In this document: positions 7,691-15,962 of the stretch, in pieces
How positions within the stretch are numbered: position 1 is the first letter of the stretch
Layout: every line of letters begins with the position of its first letter
Origin: Bacteriovoracia bacterium
Lineage (GTDB): Bacteria; Bdellovibrionota; Bacteriovoracia; Bacteriovoracales; Bacteriovoracaceae
DNA length: 64,000 nt
NCBI GenBank assembly: GCA_030427595.1
Contig: JAUIBX010000001.1
Location: 18,217-82,216, forward strand
Direction: 5' to 3'
Position numbers and translations under genes: made by a program
The notes under the pieces: model-generated
The model's database searches: none
What the model saw: only the letters and a program-made list of their open reading frames with translations
What the model was told of the DNA's origin: nothing

Positions 7691-8666
7691 GGCCGAACCC
7701 AAAGTTAAGAGCGTCGGATCCAATGTCGGCCCTTGCAAACCAACCGGGAACAAGTCTCTTTAAGATAGTAATCCCAAAGACGGCCTTATTCTTATTTAAA
7801 TCTGCGACGAGCTTTTCATCTAGCGCTTTTCTTTCTGCAGAAACGTTACCTGTGCCAGCACCTGTACTATCGGCACTTGTGATTTGGTAACCTGCATAGG
7901 GTTGGATATATGAATAGAAGGGGGCTTCAATCGTATATTTAACCTTTGCAACAAAGCTGGTGTACTTTGTATCGAGTTCTGCATCAGGGTAGTCATTTAT
8001 TAAACTTTCGCTGTAGCCACCTTCAATCCAAATATTGTCATCAATCTGATAGGAATAGGAGCCACCAATTTGACTGTAGCGGGTGTTGTCACCCTCTGCG
8101 GTTTGACCTTCAACTTGAGAGAGGTAGAGTGAGAAGATATTGTCGGTTTTAATTTTGCGGTTATTCTTTTCTTCTAAATTGAGGTCATCCTCTAGCAGGG
8201 TTGTTTCATCAAAGAGGGCCTCCTCATCTTCAATGAGGGCCGTCTCCTCTGGTTGATTTTCTTGCTTTGCTCTAAGTTTAAAATAACTATCGTCACCCCG
8301 AATGACTTGGACCTTCATACCGGGGCGTAGGAGTTTATGAAGTTCTGGATTGTAGACTTTCATAATTTTAATGCCACCACTTCCAGGTACTGTCTTAGCA
8401 ACGAGGCAGCGGTTAACTAGCTTATTGTCTAGAACAATAGAAATGAAATCGCCCTTACCGTAACTGCTGGAGTCATTGGAGAGAATAAAGATCCTTCCAC
8501 TTGCACTTATTTTTTCAATCTTTTCAGTGCTAAGAGAAGGTGAACCAGGCGCCAATTCCAGACCTGAATCGAAACCATCAATCTGGTCAACGACGGATTG
8601 GCCGAAGCTAGGCGATAATGAAATGAAAAGTAGGAGTGCTATTTTTAGGGCCCAATTCATACCCAT
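7680..8666 (-). CDS. Hypothetical outer-membrane (beta-barrel-like) protein
   Basis: Signal peptide MGMNWALKIALLLFISLSPSFGQS. The C-terminal half has alternating aromatic and polar residues and ends in a terminal Phe (GFGLEF), as in OMPs. The track start at 8705 is a TTG. The ATG at 8666 or 8660 is more plausible. Confidence 0.6.
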   Translation of the reverse strand: MGMNWALKIALLLFISLSPSFGQSVVDQIDGFDSGLELAPGSPSLSTEKIEKISASGRIFILSNDSSSYGKGDFISIVLDNKLVNRCLVAKTVPGSGGIKIMKVYNPELHKLLRPGMKVQVIRGDDSYFKLRAKQENQPEETALIEDEEALFDETTLLEDDLNLEEKNNRKIKTDNIFSLYLSQVEGQTAEGDNTRYSQIGGSYSYQIDDNIWIEGGYSESLINDYPDAELDTKYTSFVAKVKYTIEAPFYSYIQPYAGYQITSADSTGAGTGNVSAERKALDEKLVADLNKNKAVFGITILKRLVPGWFARADIGSDALNFGFGLEF

Positions 8667-8900
8667 ATCGTATCTTTTTACGCGGAGTAATGTCCACACG
8701 GTCAATTGAGAAACCCCCTTTAAAATGCCAGATATTATTGAAGTTCTATAAAATTTATTTTCAAAAATGATAGAAATAGGATCTTAACTGCCTGAAATTA
8801 TTGCGCACCGGCAAAATCTAATAATTTCAGTGGTTTTGCTTAAAGAAGGGCGTAACATCTACCGAGTAGCATCATATAGAAAAACACATAGGAGTTTATT

Positions 8901-9521
8901 ATGAAGTTATTTAAGTTTTTACTACTTGCCGCTCTATTGACGTCGGTATCATGTTCAAAAAGTTCTAAACAAGATGACGCTACTGCAGATTCAGGTGAAG
9001 TAACAAGCAGCGATGCTGATTTCATCGTTGATGCTGAAGACGAAGAACTCATCCTAGAAGACGAGCCTCTCATTGCAAGTGAAGAGGGTGGAGCCGCTTC
9101 AGATCCAATTATTTTAGACGAGTCAGTTGCATCTGCTGATGTGGCCATGACTGATGAAGAAGGTAGCTATACTGTCAAAAGAGGCGAAACTCTCATGATG
9201 GCAGCTTTTAATATCTACGGTGATTACAGAAAGTGGAAAGACCTCAGAGATCTCAACGGAATGAGCAGCAGCGTTGTAAATGAAGGTGCTGTTATCCGTT
9301 ATAAGAAACCAGCAAGTGAGTTTGTTTGGAATCCAGAAGGTCTTCCTTATCTTATTAAAAATGGAGATTCTCTAGTTAGCATCTCTAATGACAAGTATGG
9401 GACAACTAATAAGTGGAAACTAATCTACAATAACAATAGACCACTTATTAAAGATCCAAATTTGATTTTTGCAGGGTTTACTTTGTATTATATCCCAGAG
9501 AGAGACATAGCGTCTGAGTAG
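8901..9521 (+). CDS. LysM-domain lipoprotein (two LysM repeats)
   Basis: Lipobox LLTSVSC. LysM-like segments YTVKRGETLMMAAFNIYG...WKDL and YLIKNGDSLVSISNDKYG...WKLI. SD AGGAG upstream. Confidence 0.85.
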   Translation: MKLFKFLLLAALLTSVSCSKSSKQDDATADSGEVTSSDADFIVDAEDEELILEDEPLIASEEGGAASDPIILDESVASADVAMTDEEGSYTVKRGETLMMAAFNIYGDYRKWKDLRDLNGMSSSVVNEGAVIRYKKPASEFVWNPEGLPYLIKNGDSLVSISNDKYGTTNKWKLIYNNNRPLIKDPNLIFAGFTLYYIPERDIASE

Positions 9522-9526
9522 TATTA

Positions 9527-10336
9527 ATGAATAACTTCTGTGTCCATATGCGCCCTCTTATAAAGAGGGCGTTTTTTTTTCTTATTTTGTCAGTACTCGG
9601 TTCTGGCTGTTCACATATTAGAGTTTTCTTAAATGGACCGGACAAGGTTGCTGACCCAACAGAAATCCCTAAAACTCAAACTCAAGATTACGTAGATCAC
9701 TTGGCTTATTTGTCTAAAGAACTCTCTCAAAATAGAAATATTAAATTTGCTCGTCTCTCTAAAAGGAATAAGGAATATTTAACATCGATCTTTAATCGTA
9801 TCGTCGCCAATAATGAATTATTAGTTCCTGGCCAACCAGCTCCGACTTTCTTCTTGGTGAAGGAAAAGATTCCCTTCATATTTTCTCTTCCCAAATATCA
9901 GTTCTACATTTCAACAGGCTTAATTAAGAAATACTTTAAAAATGAATCTCTTTTGGTAAGTGCTTTATGTTTTGAAATTATAAAGTCTGGACGCAATCTT
10001 TACGAGGCAAGTCGTGTTCACCCTGTTGGCCATAGAGAGATCCCTCAGGTTTTATCTCTGACTAAACTTGAAACTGAAACTAAGTTGGCCATATATAAAT
10101 GGACCTTTTTTGCTTTGAAGCGAGCTGAATACGACGCAACAGCACTTCTTAACTGGATACAAACTCAGAACAAGAACACTCTGGACTTTAGTTGGCAAAT
10201 TAATGATCCAAGAGGGATTTCAAGAGAAGAGTTTTTGTTTAAAGGCTTTTTGGTTGCACAAGGCTTAGATAAAACAAAAACTCCAGAGATTAATTCATCA
10301 AAAATGTTTTATCGCTTTCAAGATAGCTACCGATGA
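9527..10336 (+). CDS. Hypothetical lipoprotein
   Basis: The signal and lipobox sequence is FFFLILSVLGSGCSH. An alternative start is the ATG at 9548. The segment LVSALCFEIIKSG looks like a degenerate M48-type HExxH region, but that resemblance is weak. Confidence 0.6.
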   Translation: MNNFCVHMRPLIKRAFFFLILSVLGSGCSHIRVFLNGPDKVADPTEIPKTQTQDYVDHLAYLSKELSQNRNIKFARLSKRNKEYLTSIFNRIVANNELLVPGQPAPTFFLVKEKIPFIFSLPKYQFYISTGLIKKYFKNESLLVSALCFEIIKSGRNLYEASRVHPVGHREIPQVLSLTKLETETKLAIYKWTFFALKRAEYDATALLNWIQTQNKNTLDFSWQINDPRGISREEFLFKGFLVAQGLDKTKTPEINSSKMFYRFQDSYR

Positions 10337-11367
10337 CGTCAGATACAGAACTAGAAACAGAAAAAATTCTCGTGGACTCACTTTTCCAAAAGTCTATGGA
10401 GGGCCTTAAGAAAAAAGCCGGTGAGGAAAGAAATATTTTAAGGCTCACAGGAGACGCGTCCAGTAGGCGTTACTTCAGGGTAGAAGCAAACAAGAACTAT
10501 GTGGTTTGCCTCCAGCAGCCAACAGATGAAGATAAAGACACTTTCCTAGAGATCCAAAAGATTTTCGATAAAGAAAAAATTAGGGTTCCTAGAATATATG
10601 ATTATGATTTAAAGAAGGGATACTTGTTAGAGGAGGACTTGGGTAATACAACACTGTTAAAGCACCTTTCAACATTGAGTTCCCCAAACGAAGAGCTAAA
10701 TGCTTACCGAAAAGCTCTTGAGGAAATGATCAAAATACATTCAATTCCCAAATCGGATTACTCAATGAGTACATTTGCCTCATTGTTCTTCGATAAAGAG
10801 AAGCTCATGAGTGAAGTGGAGTTTACTAAAGCTCAATTGATAGAGGGTCTATTTGGTCAATCACTAACGAAAAAACAAGAAAAGGTTTTAAACCACGCTT
10901 TTTCTGAAATATGTCAGGCCCTAGCTTCACAAAGCATGGTCGTTACTCACAGAGATTACCACTCTAGAAACCTTATGGTTGTTAACCAGGACTTTGTCGT
11001 TATTGACTTTCAAGATGCAAGAATGGGCATACCTCAGTATGACTTAGTCTCTTTATTAGAGGACTGTTATTACAAAATTTCTCGCTCAAATAAGCACATT
11101 TTAAAGAAGGAATATTGGGAAAACTTTTTGAAGGAAAAACATTTCCAAGCCTCCTTTGAGGAGTATTGTATTTTATATGACAAAATGACCATTCAAAGAG
11201 TTTATAAGGCCCTTGGAAGTTTTGCTTATATATACAGAATGCGTGGGGATATTCGTTACTTGAAGTATATTGGTTATGCCTTTGAAAAGCTTAGAGATAT
11301 CCTGTTTAGATATAAAGGATATAATGATCTAAGAATGGTCTTATCTGAGATTTACTATGAGTATTAA
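10333..11367 (+). CDS. amgK: Aminoglycoside-phosphotransferase-fold sugar kinase, AmgK-like (anomeric MurNAc/GlcNAc kinase)
   Basis: Motifs LTGDASSRRYFRV, HRDYHSRNLMV and DFQDARMG match my recollection of AmgK-type kinases. It overlaps the next gene, a nucleotidyltransferase, by 11 nt. Confidence 0.7.
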   Translation: MTSDTELETEKILVDSLFQKSMEGLKKKAGEERNILRLTGDASSRRYFRVEANKNYVVCLQQPTDEDKDTFLEIQKIFDKEKIRVPRIYDYDLKKGYLLEEDLGNTTLLKHLSTLSSPNEELNAYRKALEEMIKIHSIPKSDYSMSTFASLFFDKEKLMSEVEFTKAQLIEGLFGQSLTKKQEKVLNHAFSEICQALASQSMVVTHRDYHSRNLMVVNQDFVVIDFQDARMGIPQYDLVSLLEDCYYKISRSNKHILKKEYWENFLKEKHFQASFEEYCILYDKMTIQRVYKALGSFAYIYRMRGDIRYLKYIGYAFEKLRDILFRYKGYNDLRMVLSEIYYEY

Positions 11368-12232
11368 TCATTCCGTTTTTTTTCCTTGTGCCGGTTTCGG
11401 GACTCGAATGGGTGAGGTTGGAAAAGAACTGCCTAAGCCTTTGTGGCCATTATTCTCATCAAATCTTCTCGAAATAAGTATTAATTATGCTCGCACCCTT
11501 CACCTAGAAAACTACTATATTAATGTTCATCATAAGAAAGAGGAATTGGTGAAATGGGCCGGGGCTTATAAGTTTCAAATCAATGTCTCAGAGGAGGCAG
11601 AAATCTTAGGAAGTGGGGGATGTTTTCATAGGTTGATGCGAACTTACCCACAGTTAGACGACCTTTTTATTTTTAATCCGGATAGTATTTTGATGTTGTC
11701 AAAAAGAGACTGGGAAAACTTTTTTAGGCTATCAAGTGAATCAAAGCATGTACTAATTGGGGTGGGCTGTGATCCCAACGACAAATATAATCGCCTCAAC
11801 ATAAAGAATAATTTTTTGGAAAGTATCCAACCACCAAGCAGCAAAGCACCAGCTATAACCTATTCAGGGTTTGGAAAAGTATCTCTCAAGTCAATAAAAG
11901 TGAAAGAAGGAGTATCGGGGTTTTTTGAAACAGTGGTTATTCCCGGGGCCAGTGGAGCCGTCGTTTTCATAGCTCAAGATCCTTATGAATTTTGGGATTT
12001 CGGCACTCTTGAAAGCTACAAAGAAAACGTAGTGAGACTATTGAGTGAGGAAGAGACTTCTTTCAAGAAATTCCTGGTTGATTATGGCCACTTGGATAGT
12101 TCAGATTCTCAAAAGAACACCTATGCTTCAAAGAATCCGGGGGTTATTAATTTTACAGGAGCTGAGTTAACCAAAGAGGACCCTGGAATATACCTCAAGG
12201 TGGGGAATGACTTGAAAAGGCTTATGCCTTAA
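11357..12232 (+). CDS. murU: Sugar-1-phosphate nucleotidyltransferase, MurU-like
   Basis: N-terminal FFPCAGFGTRMGEVGKELPKPLWPL, the GxGxR(x)nK nucleotidyltransferase signature. Translationally coupled to the AmgK-like gene. Confidence 0.68.
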   Translation: MSINHSVFFPCAGFGTRMGEVGKELPKPLWPLFSSNLLEISINYARTLHLENYYINVHHKKEELVKWAGAYKFQINVSEEAEILGSGGCFHRLMRTYPQLDDLFIFNPDSILMLSKRDWENFFRLSSESKHVLIGVGCDPNDKYNRLNIKNNFLESIQPPSSKAPAITYSGFGKVSLKSIKVKEGVSGFFETVVIPGASGAVVFIAQDPYEFWDFGTLESYKENVVRLLSEEETSFKKFLVDYGHLDSSDSQKNTYASKNPGVINFTGAELTKEDPGIYLKVGNDLKRLMP

Positions 12233-12426
12233 GTCTCTTCTTCACTATTATCAATAATCTTGATCGCCTCTGTAGGGCATAATTCAATACATAGACCGCA
12301 AAAACTGCATGACCATGTATCAATATGGTACTGATTATTTTGTAAAATTATACTGTCCTCTGGGCATATAATCCGACAGACATCACAATTTATACAACGA
12401 GTATTCACTTCTAGAGATAAGTTCAT
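12229..12426 (-). CDS. 2x[4Fe-4S] ferredoxin
   Basis: Two CxxCxxCxxxCP motifs: CINCDVCRIICPEDSI and CSFCGLCIELCPTEAI. Confidence 0.85.
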   Translation of the reverse strand: MNLSLEVNTRCINCDVCRIICPEDSIILQNNQYHIDTWSCSFCGLCIELCPTEAIKIIDNSEEET

Positions 12427-12455
12427 GTATTCTTATTGTACCACTACTTAGGAGC

Positions 12456-13169
12456 ATGTCGTTGAAGTTTTTAAAGCGCCCAATAGTCATTAAGAATGCA
12501 TTGCTATTTTGTGTGCTTTCCCTATTTTTTCTTTCCGTTGTAGAGTCTTTGGAGGGCGGGGTTTCTGCCCTTGATCTTAAGGGATTCGCTGATCGAATTC
12601 GTTCAGATATATGGTTAATATCAGGAACGGTGATTGTACTTCTTTCGGTTTTTAGAGGTATGCGCTTTTCACCTCCGCTGTTTCTCATTTTTTGTGGATA
12701 CATTCTAATAAAGTCTTTTAGTGTCTTTTTTATTGATCTCGATAAAATCATTCTCTTCTTGATCTTTTTATATTCCATTGTCGCTTATAATTTCTTCTTA
12801 TTTCTAAGAATGGAGTTACAGGAGCCTTTTTATAACCCCCGCTTTCCAGATAATATTTTACCTGACTTTGGTTATAGAAAATTACCTATTACCTTGAAAA
12901 AGGACTCCCGTTCTATTGAGGCCTATCTAACGAACTGGGGCCCGAATGGTTTTTTTTGCCAGTTAAAAGATGAAGGAGATCTAATAAAGGGAAAAGTAGA
13001 GGTTGAAATCCTTTTAGAGGGCCACAACTTCTTTTCAGAAGGAGTCGTGATGACGAGGTCAAATGCTGGCCTTGGGATACGTATTACAAAAAACCCAGTA
13101 CCAGACCTCGGTTGGACAGATTATTATGGTATTATAAACGAGCTAGGATTTAGACCGACCTATAATTAG
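12456..13169 (+). CDS. Membrane protein with a possible degenerate PilZ-like C-terminal domain
   Basis: The N-terminal half has several TM segments. The C-terminal half (YRKLPITLKK...LTNWGPNGFFCQ...GLGIRI) resembles a PilZ beta-barrel. The RxxxR and D/NxSxxG motifs are not intact. Confidence 0.55.
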   Translation: MSLKFLKRPIVIKNALLFCVLSLFFLSVVESLEGGVSALDLKGFADRIRSDIWLISGTVIVLLSVFRGMRFSPPLFLIFCGYILIKSFSVFFIDLDKIILFLIFLYSIVAYNFFLFLRMELQEPFYNPRFPDNILPDFGYRKLPITLKKDSRSIEAYLTNWGPNGFFCQLKDEGDLIKGKVEVEILLEGHNFFSEGVVMTRSNAGLGIRITKNPVPDLGWTDYYGIINELGFRPTYN

Positions 13170-13173
13170 CAGG

Positions 13174-13647
13174 ATGCTTATGAAAAAAAACCTATTCTTA
13201 TTCATGGTAATTTGTAGTGTCTTTATTGGATGTACAAAGAAATCAACACCAGAGAAAACCTTAAGAGATTACGTGGAGTACCGTTTTTCTAGTGGTCAGG
13301 ATAGGGACGATCTCTTGGAAATGACCACTGGCGCTCTTTATGACAGGCTAGCGGAGATGGAGGAGAAGGATCTAGAAAGCTTTCTCGAAGTCGATAAGCT
13401 AAAGAAGAAACGGCTAAAGGTTCTCCTAAAAAACTGTCAGCCACAAGAGTGTTCCTTGACTTATATACTCAGCTATTCACAGGGAGAAGGTCAGCCCAAA
13501 GACTTTGGGATAGAAGTTAAGAAAATTGCACAACTAATAAAGATCGAAAATTCTTGGAAGATCTCTGATGTGAGTAATGTGAAGACCTATATAGAGGCAC
13601 AGAAGAACCTCGACGTGAGCGCTGAAGGGGATTCAGAAAGTCCGTAA
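13174..13647 (+). CDS. Hypothetical lipoprotein
   Basis: The signal and lipobox sequence is MKKNLFLFMVICSVFIGCTKK. The ATG at 13180 has better SD spacing (AGGA). Confidence 0.7.
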   Translation: MLMKKNLFLFMVICSVFIGCTKKSTPEKTLRDYVEYRFSSGQDRDDLLEMTTGALYDRLAEMEEKDLESFLEVDKLKKKRLKVLLKNCQPQECSLTYILSYSQGEGQPKDFGIEVKKIAQLIKIENSWKISDVSNVKTYIEAQKNLDVSAEGDSESP

Positions 13648-13679
13648 ATTTTTTCTAATCTTCGTCCGATAAGAAGAAT

Positions 13680-14084
13680 ATGAATAATGAAGATGATTTC
13701 ATTACTCGACTTATGGACGAAACCTACAGCAAGGTTGAGCATCCATCAAATGAGCTGAGTAATCAAAATGTTCATAGTCTGTCCGATTACTTTTCAAAGA
13801 GAGAAGACTCTCTCTATGAAAAGAAAGGTGTATTTAAGGATTTTGGTTCCTTTTGGCGTTTGTCTTTAGATGACAAAAGTTTGGATATTCCCAAAAAATT
13901 AGGATGGATGAAAGAGGTCAGTAGCTCTTACGTAAAAGTCTTCGAAGTTACAGACAAGGTTCTCTGTGAGGTTTTAACTGAACTGGGAGGCCGGGAAGTA
14001 AGTTATATTGAAGTCGATGAGAAGGGGTCTGTGGATTTAAGACCGCTCACCTGTCAAAAACCAAATTATCCCAAAGCCGCATAA
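13680..14084 (+). CDS. Hypothetical protein
   Basis: 134-codon ORF followed by a strong terminator. I recognise no family. Confidence 0.55.
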   Translation: MNNEDDFITRLMDETYSKVEHPSNELSNQNVHSLSDYFSKREDSLYEKKGVFKDFGSFWRLSLDDKSLDIPKKLGWMKEVSSSYVKVFEVTDKVLCEVLTELGGREVSYIEVDEKGSVDLRPLTCQKPNYPKAA

Positions 14085-14118
14085 AAAAAGCCTCCAATAT
14101 GGAGGCTTTAATTTTTTA
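14083..14118. terminator. Bidirectional rho-independent terminator
   Basis: Stem AAAGCCTCC (14087-14095) pairs with GGAGGCTTT (14101-14109) around loop AATAT. An A-run lies 5' and a T-run 3'. It sits between convergent genes. Confidence 0.8.
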
Positions 14119-14133
14119 AAAATTTTGATTAAC

Positions 14134-14970
14134 TTACAAGGCCATGTAGTAGTCTTTCAACATCTTTGCATCCTCTTCTAAATTAGGAGAGTTACAAATC
14201 ATATAACCACGACAGTCTTCTTCTTTAAGCGCCTCTATAAGCTCTTTCCAGTTAAAGTCAGACTTCTCGAGATTGATGTGTTTAAGATCACCTTTAGAGT
14301 TTGAGCTGATACCAGAAATATGAATGTGCATATTTCTAACGGCTTCTTCTCCAAGTTCTTGTTTAAGACTTGAGAGAACTTCTTTAAATTCATCTTTAGA
14401 ATTGTATTTACCAGTTCTTGCAAAAAGGTGACTAAAGTCCATGCAAGGACGACAGCTTGTAACGTTCTTAGTGAGAGAGATAAGTTCTTCAAGACTACCA
14501 AATTGAGAAGTCTTACCTGTAAGCTCGGGGCGTAGCTCAATTTCAATATCTAAACGATTAAGCCTTTCTTCAATGACGTTCATTGATTTTTCAACAAGAT
14601 CAAAAACATCATATGGGCTGTCTTTCATGTAGAAAGCTGCGTGAAAAGTCATAGACTCTGCCCCACAGAGGTCAGAAATCTTTGCTGTCTGGATAATTCT
14701 TTCAACTGAAGAATCAATCTTATCTTGTTCTCTTGCATTAAGATTGATGTAGTAAGGTCCATGTGAGGTAAGCGGAACACCCAACTCATAAGAGATCTTA
14801 CGAAGACCGCTGCTGACTTCTTCTTTCATACGCACGCCGTGCGCGAACTCTAACTGCATGCAGTCAAGGCCTAGTTGATGAATGGTCTTTACGCCCTCAA
14901 TGGGGTTGTTTTTCTTGGGTGTACTGTTAGGAACTCCAGCTGTCCCGAATAAGAGCCGGTCAAATCGCAT
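14134..14970 (-). CDS. Xylose-isomerase-like TIM-barrel protein (AP endonuclease family 2 / endonuclease IV-like)
   Basis: Family-like segments include LFGTAG, HGPYYINL, MTFHAAFY, ELRPELTGK, DFSHLFAR and MHIHISG. The track start is 15087. The ATG at 14970 (MRFDRLLFGTAG) has a G-rich SD and gives the typical length. Confidence 0.72.
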   Translation of the reverse strand: MRFDRLLFGTAGVPNSTPKKNNPIEGVKTIHQLGLDCMQLEFAHGVRMKEEVSSGLRKISYELGVPLTSHGPYYINLNAREQDKIDSSVERIIQTAKISDLCGAESMTFHAAFYMKDSPYDVFDLVEKSMNVIEERLNRLDIEIELRPELTGKTSQFGSLEELISLTKNVTSCRPCMDFSHLFARTGKYNSKDEFKEVLSSLKQELGEEAVRNMHIHISGISSNSKGDLKHINLEKSDFNWKELIEALKEEDCRGYMICNSPNLEEDAKMLKDYYMAL

Positions 14971-15113
14971 AAACCCCCCTGTATAGGTTGCCCAGGTTGT
15001 GTGAGTATCGTGTATTTTTTCCCTGCCACATGCTAAAGTGTCGAAAACACATATTTCGTCTTCTGAAACTTTAAGGCGGTGTGACAAACGGTTTATAGCC
15101 CTTATGGCCTTTA

Positions 15114-15962
15114 ATGTCTATAATCATGGACAAAACGTATGATTTCTATAAACGCGTTGCGTCTAAAAATGGAGTCCCCATTAGAATAATCGCAGGCTTA
15201 ACACTTTTTCTCTTTTACCTCGCCGTATTTGGAGTGGCAGGATTCTTTACTTTTGGTCCACTTGGAGAAATCTATGGTTTAGGCATTGCTCTGGCTATTG
15301 TTGTTCTTACAGTCCTTCTCGGAGACAGGGTTTTTCTGGTTGCTGTCGGAGCTAGAGAAGTCGATTCAAAGAATCATGATATTTATTTTGCTCTTCAAAA
15401 CCTAAGTTGCGTAAAGGGCCTAAAGGATGTTCGTCTTTATAGTAGTCACCTTCTTCCCGTAAATGTTTATTGCCTTCAACCGATCTTTAATAATAAGTGC
15501 ATTATTTTTTCAGACAAAATAATTAAGAATAAGGAATCTGAAATATGGAGATCCTGTCTTGATTATGCTTTAGCCTATTTAGAGGTTGGCCATGGTCGCT
15601 TTGCCAATCTCATCGTTTATTTAACTGCCGTTTTGTTGAGTCCATGCTTTATTCTTATTAAGTTGAAGCTAAGAGTATTGGCCGTACTCAACTTCTTCAT
15701 CTTTCTTCCTCTGGTCTTTTTAAAAGATTACGTTAATGAAGTCACTTTAAGAGAGGTGTTCAATGAAGATGAGATTAGTAAAACCTTGAGAGTGACTTAC
15801 TATTTAGAAAGATTTCCAAGGCCAAATACTACTTTTATCACCAGTCTTGCCGACGACCTTAGCCTATTTAAAATAAGAGATACGGGTCTCTGGCCTTCCC
15901 TTCTTGGAAGTTATGCCAATATTTTCAACAACTACGTGAAGTGGCATGAAAGAAAAAACTAA
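15114..15962 (+). CDS. Hypothetical polytopic membrane protein
   Basis: It has 2 N-terminal and 2 central TM segments. The topology is reminiscent of HtpX/M48 but there is no HExxH motif. It overlaps the downstream histidine kinase gene by 17 nt. Confidence 0.6.
   Translation: MSIIMDKTYDFYKRVASKNGVPIRIIAGLTLFLFYLAVFGVAGFFTFGPLGEIYGLGIALAIVVLTVLLGDRVFLVAVGAREVDSKNHDIYFALQNLSCVKGLKDVRLYSSHLLPVNVYCLQPIFNNKCIIFSDKIIKNKESEIWRSCLDYALAYLEVGHGRFANLIVYLTAVLLSPCFILIKLKLRVLAVLNFFIFLPLVFLKDYVNEVTLREVFNEDEISKTLRVTYYLERFPRPNTTFITSLADDLSLFKIRDTGLWPSLLGSYANIFNNYVKWHERKN

Noticed and set aside
12383-12778. 131-aa ORF on the minus strand
   Set aside because: It overlaps both the ferredoxin gene and the plus-strand membrane protein gene at 12456..13169. 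Its composition is low-complexity and basic, and it has no SD. It is likely spurious.
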